Shown here in pieces: positions 53,999-64,000 of a DNA stretch of 64,000 nt. Every line of letters starts with the position of its first letter. Positions within the stretch are counted from its first letter, which is position 1. This DNA is from the human T2T-CHM13v2.0 reference genome, Homo sapiens. Position numbers and translations under genes: made by a program. The notes below the pieces were generated by a model, which was not told the DNA's origin, made no database searches, and saw nothing but the letters and a program-made list of their open reading frames with translations. The stretch lies in assembly GCF_009914755.1 (NCBI RefSeq), contig NC_060929.1; one strand, 5' to 3'.

Positions 53999-56569
53999 TC
54001 TACTTCTCTTTTTTGATATCCCACCTGGTCATGATTCCCAAATACTGATTACAATGGCACAGCATAATTACAACAGTCATTACTATGAAATACACCTTTT
54101 TCAATGAACGAAATTGTAGTATTATAATAATATGTCAAATGTACAATGGAAACTAAACCTCAAGTGCTTTGTAATTTTCAGAATGCTTTTACATTGATAT
54201 TGGTGACATTTATCAATGGGAATTTTGAAGGTTTCACAATATTTTCAAATAATGCAATATGTTGATTAAAGTCAGGTTTAAAAGCAATGCAGAGAGAAAA
54301 ATGCAGCAGCCAAATTATTATATTATTTATTAAGCAGGACTCAAACGAAAACTGAGAACTTCAATGTTTCTGCCCAGCTGTTCAGAGCTTGCTCTTCATA
54401 TATAATTATAAGTGTGTTCGTCAGAAATGGAAAAATATATAAATTGATTTTGGGTTTGAATCCAATTTGCTTTTGGCCAATAGGATAGATCACGCCTTTG
54501 TCACACCTTTGGACAGGTTTCTGTTTAACATTAGACGTTGAATCAGATGATTCTGAAAAGTCTATGATTCTTTGATTGTTGGAATCTGATGAAAGTGTTA
54601 TTAAGACTCTGTAGTTGCTAGATGCAGATCATTGTGTGCAATGGGCTGTTGAGAGAAAGCTGTGAGTCTCTGCTTTCAACATTCCCAGCTGCACCTGCAC
54701 GTCTCCACTTTTCGCAGCCTGAGGTAACCACCAATAGAAGCTTGATCTTGGAATATTGCCTGGCCTCTGAGTCCAAGCAAATCAATAATCACTGAAACTT
54801 TCAAACTTTGGGAGACTCCATTCTGCCTTTATTCCTACACTAGGATGGCCATTCACAATGAGATGGTACCAACAGATGGTAACAAGACTCTGAGGCTCTC
54901 AAAATTGACAACTCAGGTTTAATAGGTGTCTTCAGCCCTTCTATGTGACATAGTCTCAAACTGTCAGGGACATTGTCTGAGCACCAAAATGTTGCCATTA
55001 AAAAGTTTTATTACCTCTCTCCTCTTGCCAAGTCTCCACCCCATTCTCATATGTGTTATCAGTGAAAAACTGTGGAATACATGAGGGATAATGGGAATAT
55101 AAGAAACAGAGAGGGCTGGAAAGTTGACATTTAGGTACAGACTCCACAATAAGTCCTGACGCTCATCCATGCACCCATGATTTCTACTTCCCTGCTCTGA
55201 TTCGGCATACCCACATACACAGAATCCCATCTTTCTCTTAACTGAGAATCCAAGCTTCTGCTTTGGAAATCATGAAGATACAATGGCCCAGGATTCTGTA
55301 AGTGGAATACCTTTGTTTTCTGATTCATAAAATGAAGAAGTTGGAATGATCTCTGAAACCAAAAGACAAAGTTTCTAAGATCTTGTGAGTTGTTAATTAA
55401 TTAGCAAAATCATATATATTCAGAAATATAATACCTTGACATGGTACAGAAGCTGCCGTGTGAATAATAGTCACATGAAGAATGGCTATAGTTTCTTCCA
55501 TTTTGACTCTGGTTTTCAAAGATTACAGTATCTTTTCAGGTTGGCTCAACAAATATTTCTTTAGCCTTATTAGACAGTGCGGACACAGATATGCAATCAA
55601 CCATTCTAGAAATATTTGAGGAGATAACATTTGAATTAACACACAATTGTTGTGTTTAGGCAGAGAAAAGAGCAAACACAAAGACTCTAAGCCCTAAGTT
55701 TGGCACATTAGAAGAATCTGAAGAACATGAAGAAGGCCAGTGTTTGCAGAGGAGCATAGTGGAAAATAAGACCCAGCAGGAGGCCAGGATCTGATCATAC
55801 AGTCCAGGGAAATGCTTTGCATTTCACTGGGAGCACAACTTGAACTGTATTCTAAATGCTGCTGGAGAAGCAGAGAAGAGCAGCATCTAACTCAACAAGA
55901 CTGATGGAGTAAGGCAACGGGAATGAACTGAAAAAGTTTACAGCTGAACCAAGTCTTAAAGGATTAGCATGTTTTAGCAGAAGAAAAAGAATAAGCAAAA
56001 AGATTGGAAAGGAAAAGGAAAACAGGAGAAAGCATTGCTAAACCATAAAATAGGAGCTAGGAATGGCAGTACATGAGACTAAGGAAATGGGAAGTGCTGG
56101 AAATGTTGATATTACAATCATAGCTACTCAGGACTATAAAACACATTTGCTGGCTGTATGCTAGAATTCTGTATCTTATTAGATTAAGCACGTGGTGAAA
56201 GGGCTTACAATCTTATGCAATGCATTTTTCTTCTCAGCATCTAGCATAGAGCTGGTAAATATTCAATAAGTATTTGTGGATTGAGTATCAAATACCACTG
56301 ACCATTTTCTACTCATTTCTGCCAATGAATCACCAGGATTTTCACCATGCTGGGTAGGTCAAGAGAACTTGTAGGAATTGATAATTGCCGCTTAGAATTC
56401 ATGGTGAAATAGTGTTCAAAGGGCCCCATCACCTCCCTTGTTTCTGGCCTATAAAATTAACAAAGTATTCAACTTGTTAAGATGGCTTGTCTTGCTTAAG
56501 TAATGCATTATTACCTTACCTGAAGCGCAAGGCAACTTCCTTAGGGAAGAAGATTTCATAGGAAATAGT

Positions 56570-56770
56570 AATAACTTACATACAACAAGTGCTTTATAGT
56601 TTTCAAAATGCTTTTACATACAGAATATTTTATACTTACAGCAACTCTCTGAGTTTGGCAAAGTAGATATTATCATTTCCATTTTACTTTTATGAAAACC
56701 AAGACTCAGAGAGCTCACACAACTAATATAGTGTAGCCATGATGACAACTGAGGTCTTTGACTCTCATAT
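56570..56770 (-). mobile_element. MIR SINE
   Basis: attatcatttccattttac...gaaaaccaagactcagagag. Confidence 0.7.
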
Positions 56771-56904
56771 TGTTGTCACCTTGTGGTTTTCATGAAGGAT
56801 GATTTTAGGAAAGACAAATGCATCATAATTGTATTACTTAAGTAGAAAAAGGGCAATGAATTTACTATAAGCTAATTGTGTGTGTAAAAGATCTGCATCT
56901 GTTC

Positions 56905-57690
56905 TTCCATTCCTTTATTGAGCAAATATTAATCCAGTGCCTACTATGTTCCAGGTACATTTCTATTCACTGGCGATACAGCAAAACAGACAAAAATAAG
57001 TGACTTCATGTTGTTTACAACTTAGGGGAGATTGACAATAATCAAGTAAGTTATGTAGGATATCAGAGGATCATAAGTGTCTTGGGTAATAATAAAGCAG
57101 AGAACAGAGATGGGAGCAGTAGGGTGGGTGGGTGTGATTTAAATAGGAAGGTCAGGAAAAGCATCACTGAGATTATGGCATTTGAGCAAAAGTCTGAGGA
57201 AGGCATTGCAGTGAGCTAAGTAGATAGCTGAGGCAAGAGCATGCCAGGCAGATAGAATAGTAATTGTCAAGATCCTGAGGTTGCAGAATTCCTGGCTTGT
57301 TGGAAGAACAGCAAGTGGGTCCATGTGTCTGAGCAGAGGGTAGGATTGGGAGGAAATACAGTTAAAGTTAATGATGTGTGTGTATTGGGTTAGGGAGGCC
57401 ACTGGAGAATTTTGAGCAGAAGATTGGCATAATCTACCTTACCTTTTTAAAGGATTATTCTGCTTGCTTTGGGAAGAATAGTTTATATGGAGGAGCTGGT
57501 AATATCAGGTATAGCAAGACTAATATAGAGATTATTCCAATAATCAAAGCAAGAGATCACATTGGCTGAGTCCAGGGTGGTGTCAGTTGAGAATGTGAGA
57601 AGTGGTTGGGTTGAGAATATATTTGGAAAGTGGAGCCAAAATAATATGCTAAAGAATTAAATGTAGATTATGAAAAGCAAGTTTTATTTT
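56905..57690 (-). mobile_element. L2 LINE 3' portion
   Basis: agtgcctactatgttccagg; ggtcaggaaaagcatcactgag; ggccactggagaattttgagcag. Minus ORF 57139-57402 resembles the L2 C-terminus. Confidence 0.85.
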
Positions 57691-58618
57691 GAGTCTGCGC
57701 TATGTGTCACGAACTTGGTTAAGAAACGGCAATGCCATGATGCTGCTGACAGACCTGGCTCCTGACTTTGTTGAGTTTACAGCCTTGCCTGTTCCTTAAG
57801 GCTGGCCAATTTCCAATTTGGCAAGTGACCATGTGGATCAAAACGACCTCATTTGTTTCAGTGTTTCCCTGTTACCACAATTCTAACTGACCATGCCTCA
57901 CCTCAGGTCTGAACAAGTCAATTATTTTCACTGGGTTTCAATTTCCTCATAGGAGGTTGATAAAGTAAACAAACTAAGGTGCCTTTTAGCTTCAATATTC
58001 TAACAGTCCACATGTCTTTAAAAAGCAGGAGGAGGGATCTTTTTTGCTATTTTTTATGGGATGGGACTGCATATTTTAGGGAACATAGGATATCTCCAAG
58101 AATTAGAAGTGTTGGGACCAGGGGACATGAGAAGACATCTCCTAAATCTGTGCCCTCTCCTAAAACCACGTGATTGCAAACACATCTGTCACTGACTGTC
58201 TAAGCTGCAGTCAACAACCTGATAAAGCACTGCCTCCAACACACAGAGAAAATGAGACTCAAGGGAGTTCTCACTTTGGAGAAATCCCTTGCTGCTTTCT
58301 TATAAAGCCAGGAGCGCAGTGAAGCAAGATGCTTGGCTCACTATTCTCCAACACAAGCTTCAAGAGCTAGGTTTATAGCCCAACTCTGAACTTGGCCTCT
58401 ATGTGTTCCAGCTTGATCTCTCCAAGCTGGTGAAAGTCCTTGTTTATGTCTCATTTTCTCAATATTTACCTTTACTACTTCTTCCCCTTCATCTCATCAG
58501 TAGAGCAAACTACTGCAGGGAAGAATTCTTCCTCCCCCTTTGAGTGTTTGAGTCTGCTAAATAAATGGACAGCATGCAGATTAACAGAAGAAGAAAAGGC
58601 ATACAAACATGTTGACAT

Positions 58619-59000
58619 GTGGGAGGTTGAGCAGGAAGATTGCTTGAAGCCAGGAGTTTGAGACCAATCTAGGCAACAAAGCTAGACCCCTGTCTCTACA
58701 AAAAAAAATTTGAAAATTAACAAAAAAATAGACGGGCATGATGGTGCACACCTGTCATCCCAGCTACTGGAAAGGCTGAGGCAGGAGGATCACTTGAGCC
58801 CAAGAGTTTGAGGCTGCAGTGAGCAATTAATAGAATTGTGCAGCTGCACTCCAGCCTGGGCAACAGTGAGATCCTGTCTCTAATAAATAAATAAATAAAC
58901 GGAAGATCACTTGAGCCCAGGAGTTTGAGGCTGCAGTGAGCTATTAATATAATTGTGCAGCTGCATTCCAGCCTGGGCAACAGTGAGACCCCATCTCAAA

Positions 59001-59047
<47 letters not shown>
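58619..59047 (+). mobile_element. 5'-truncated AluJ with tandemly duplicated right-arm end and (TAAA)n tails
   Basis: Two copies starting at 58784 and 58901. Confidence 0.9.
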
Positions 59048-59652
59048 GCACAGGAGCCATACAAAATATGAGACTCAAAGAAGGGCCAGATGATTGAGGG
59101 GCTTCATATCCTCTTCAATGGGGAGAGAGAAAGGGAAGATGTAGGAAATTGTGAGGGGTAGTAAAAGATTTTTCAAGGGAAAAGAATAAGCCCAAAGAAC
59201 AGATAATGAAAGGCGTGGGACAATGTTCCTCTGAGCTCTGGAATAGGTGGCAAGAAGGTGAGGGGCAGAACTTCATTGTGAACAAAGGTTATTTGTTACG
59301 CAGATAAAGTCTCTCAGGTAATTTCTCAGAGCTGCCCTCAGAAGAAGAGATGAAAACTCTGTCAAGGTGTGGGGTTTTCCTGTAGTCTTTTTTCCTCCCC
59401 AGTGGTTAATCTTTCCTAGTCATTTGATGAGATTCCTAGAGAGAGGGTCTTTAAACAATTGCATTTCTTTTGGAAAGATGTTTCCTAGTAAGATGAAATT
59501 TTAGTCCCTCCCTGTGCTTAGCAGGAGGAAAAACAAGAGAGAGTTAGAAAGTCCTTGGTTCTGAGGCAGCTTCTAATGCCTTCCAGCTTCTTTTCATTTG
59601 AAGTGCTCAGCACGTCAAAGCACCATACTTTGGGGTATCATTCTCTATGCTC

Positions 59653-60449
59653 TGTTGGAGCTCAGAGAGTGATAACCCTAAGTAAAGGCCACAGAAGCAG
59701 CCTCAGAAGCAAAGATCTTTTTCTGAATTTCTTCTGCCCTCCTGTCTCTCAGTCTCATTCTCCCCTAAAGCAAGCTATAGAAACTGGAATTCCTCTTCCC
59801 CAAGGTGGGTCATAAAAACCAGAACCCCTTTTCCCCAAAGCCAGTCATAAGAATGAAAAAGATTACTCTTTCTATGTAAGAACTGGCCATAAAGAAATTC
59901 TCTGACCTACCATATTTGATTATAGGTCATAAAAGACCCATTCCAGAAAGGGTCCTGCCCCATAGCTAGAAGAAAGGATCACTGCACAGAGAGGCCAAGA
60001 AGAATCTGAACAGACAAGTCTTTTTAAAAAATATTTTTAAATATATATATATTTTATAAAATAGAAACGGGATCTCAGTATGTTGCCCAAGCTGTCTTGA
60101 ACTCCTGGGCTCAAATGATGCTCCTGCCTCAGTCTCCCGAAGTGTTGGGATTACAGGTGTGAGCCACTGCACCCCACCTGAACAGACAGGTCTTGCTGCT
60201 CCCACCTTCTATTACCATTAGATCTACCTTTTTTGTACAATCATATTACTACATGGCTGTTCACGATTTATTAAACCTAAGCATAAAAATGAATACTTCA
60301 TCCTGGGTCTTTGAAGCTCCCATGTCCTGTGAAACTATGATTAAATAAATGTATTATGCTTTTCTCTTGTTAACCTGTCATTGTTACAGGGATGTCAGCC
60401 ATGACCCTTGTGTTGGAGAGGAAAGGGACCTTTCTGCCCTGCCCTCACA
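59653..60449 (+). mobile_element. MER39-like solo LTR containing a FLAM (60023-60177, minus)
   Basis: tgttggagctcagagagtgata...aataaa...cctcaca. TSD gctc/gccc. FLAM TSD ctgaacagacaagtctt/ctgaacagacaggtctt. Confidence 0.8.
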
Positions 60450-60587
60450 GCCCCAACACGACACAGACTTGGGATGATACAGTCTAACCACCACATCCAC
60501 TCTCACCACTTTAACATAAGTCCAGCTGGGGAAACAGGAGCAGAACAACCATGAGGCAGAGCATTAAAAAAGACAGTGACTCAGTGA

Positions 60588-61061
<474 letters not shown>

Positions 61062-63424
61062 TAATGAATGATGCCACTTCTGTGTCTCCAACCTCAGCTA
61101 ACCCTCTTGGTGAGTGTAGCCTTTCTTTTCTCTGCCAAATAAATCCATTCAGAATTCTCTGAGTTTAAAAAAAACAGCACGGCCCTTTTGATACTACCTT
61201 GGCCTTGAGATCAGCTCACCCCTTCCTTCAACTGGCCTTATATACAGAACCTGGAAAAAAGGTATAGCTTAAAAAATAAATCATGATTCAGCAAACTTCT
61301 GTGCATAGAGTCCCATGACTCCACCCATTTTTGCTTTCATGAAAAATCTTTCTTAAGGGAAAAATTTGACCCAAGGCACAATGAATTCCTGCAGTTAACA
61401 GCAGGCTTGGGCTATTGCACCCTGGCCAACTATTCCTACAGAAATTGGTGTTCTTTATCCGATTCCCTTGGCCTTTGTCTTATCTGGTTTCTGTCCTTAT
61501 TTTCCACTATCAAGGGAGTATTGCTTCTCTCCTCTCTCCCCTCCTTTGCAGCTTCATAATTGTTTTGAACTCCTCCATCTGTATCTCTTACTGTGGGTTC
61601 TATGCTTAAGATGGGTCCATTGTTAATGCAGGTTCGTGTTGACTTTCTACACAATCCTGTGCCTCTTCCAATGGCTGGAAGGTTTTTGCTAGATATGCTT
61701 ATAAATGTTTGTATGTGGGAGGAGGTTGTCATTATTTTTAAAGCAAAAATCTCTTATAGCACTGTGAAGCCCTTGCCAGGGGAAGTCACAATCTGGCTGC
61801 CTCTTTACCAGAAAAAAAACTACATCCCGTCATTCCTTGAGCCGTGGCCAGGGCCAGCATGTGGCACTGGCCTGGGGCCAAGAGGACTCTGCTACTGGCA
61901 GGGAGGTGGTGACAGGCTGAGGGGGCTCAGAAGCCTCTCATCACACTTTCTCAGGGAAGTGGGTCCAAATTCATTTCCCTGGTTCATGCATTCCATTATA
62001 CTCAAAGCCAGCAAGCACCACATAAAGTGACGATTTTTAAGTACACTTAAAACTAGAGTATTGTTTTCTCATGATTGCGTTCAGTAAATTATGGGGGAGG
62101 AAAGGTGTCGGGAGCTTTCTCGGCCCAGAAACGTGTAGTTACGCCTTGGGGATTAGGAAATAAAATGAATGCTGGTGATCTGGCCTCCAGGTGGAGGCGA
62201 AGAGAGAGAGGAGGTGTTACATGTTTCTTTGCCAAGTGCTGGTTCTGACTTGCCAGGATCTTGCTGGAGTAGCTCCTGCTTTCCTGGGAAAGTCCAGCAT
62301 CCAAATGGCACCAGCCAGATGTGAGAAAACCCTACAAGCTGCCCACAGCCCCTCCTCTGGCTGGGAACTGAAATGGCAAGTCCACCTGGCTTTGTAAAAA
62401 CAAAGAGGTCCTTCTCTCTGCCTGTAGCTTTATGGGTTGGCAGGTCCGGAAAAGCCTCCCTTTGATCTTGAGCTTTGAAGGGATCAAACAAGCTGCTTTA
62501 ATGGGCAGGAATGCAGCTCTGAAAATCCTACCTTTTGTCAGTAAAGCATTTCTCTTTTTCCTCCTGGGGCAGGTGCAATGGAGGATGTAGTCTGCTTTCC
62601 AGGCCCTGAGCCAGATGTTCCTTCTTGCAACAAGTAGAACAAAGGAGCGAAAGTGAGATCAGGGCAGCCACTGACAAGGCCTTGTCCACAAATGAGCTTT
62701 GCCAGGTTTGAGAGTTAGTTCTTGATGTGTTCCTTCCTGAAACCTGCTTTAACTACACTGCATTTTACAAAGGCCAGAAATCAGCTGCTTTGGTGTTAAC
62801 TGTGCTGATCATGACTTCTCCAAGCTTTTAGATTTTGTTTGGAAGAAGGCTCACCTTTAAGCAATGGGATTTGGGCTAACATCCTTTGATTTATGAGATA
62901 TGCTTTCCAACCCTTTACAGCCTAGGATCCCAGACTCCTTCTCAATGCCAAAACAGCCTTTAAATAACCACTTTTCTTCCCTTAGCCTATGCTGCTACTA
63001 TGACAGCAGAAATAGAAAAAAGAAAAATTGGATCATGTTTTTGTTTCATGAGGACCATTCCAACATCACTCTAAAGAGATGCTGTTAACATCTCACATCA
63101 GATAGAGAATACATTTCTCCAGCTTACCTGAAATAAGTAGATTCACCACATCCTCTAATACCTGAATAACTAGAACACTGCTCCCTTATAAAATGTTTTC
63201 TAGAAATTGCCTTAAATGCCTTTAGGGAAGAGATACTGGTGATTATGCCTCCAAATGATTCCATAACTATTCAAGCTGGCAGTTGAAGTTTTCTTGGTGA
63301 TTCTTATTTTCATTAAGCATCTTTTGAAACTGGATCCCCCAAGGTAGGTTCTGCAAATCCCTAGACCCAGGATATGTTCCTTGAAGAGAGTGCTCCGTGG
63401 CCAAAGTAATTAGCAAAACATTTG

Positions 63425-63763
<339 letters not shown>

Positions 63764-64000
63764 TAGGGAAACATTTGAATACCACAGTTTTCTCTTGAAA
63801 TTCTCACTGTGCATTCAATATAAGTCTCCTAGAAGAGACTTGTTAAATACCATTTAACCTATGTTTTCCCAAATCACTTGGCCAGGGGGAATGTTTTGCC
63901 ACATAATGTTTAATATCCCTAGAACTAACTCTTGGGAAAACAGACTCTGATATATTTTTCCTTAGAGCACAATCATAGGATCTACCTGTAGCACTCTCTT

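Larger units (their letters stand above)
58514..60458 (-). mobile_element. MER4-group ERV1 solo LTR interrupted by AluJ and a MER39-like LTR
   Basis: TG at 58514, final caaca at 60454-60458. TSD ctac/cgac. Confidence 0.7.

Noticed and set aside
61593-62030. 145-aa ORF in unique DNA
   Set aside because: GTG start, no recognisable domain and no clear exon boundaries; a length expected by chance.

Overview
This is primate, most likely human-like, non-coding genomic DNA. Alu, L1PA/L1PB, THE1/MST/MLT1, ERV1 LTRs, MIR/L2 and hAT/Tigger fossils make up roughly half of the window. I find no protein-coding gene, structural RNA gene or CRISPR array. The listed ORFs are Alu or low-complexity artefacts, decayed L1/L2 fragments, or chance ORFs. 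Several multi-kb repeat-poor blocks (about 3.6-10.1, 24.4-27.0, 33.5-37.5 and 51-53 kb) resemble intergenic or intronic regulatory DNA, but conservation cannot be tested here. I cannot support a new multi-gene biological system. The most interesting signals are structural: an 87-nt near-perfect hairpin replacing the end of a MER53 element, two apparent L1 3' transductions bracketed by target-site duplications, an L1PB that kept both ends but lost about 3.6 kb of ORF2, a perfect 31-bp templated insertion, a multi-element nest cut by one deletion, and an ancient local duplication. Repeat subfamily names come from my recall of consensus sequences and need RepeatMasker/Dfam confirmation.
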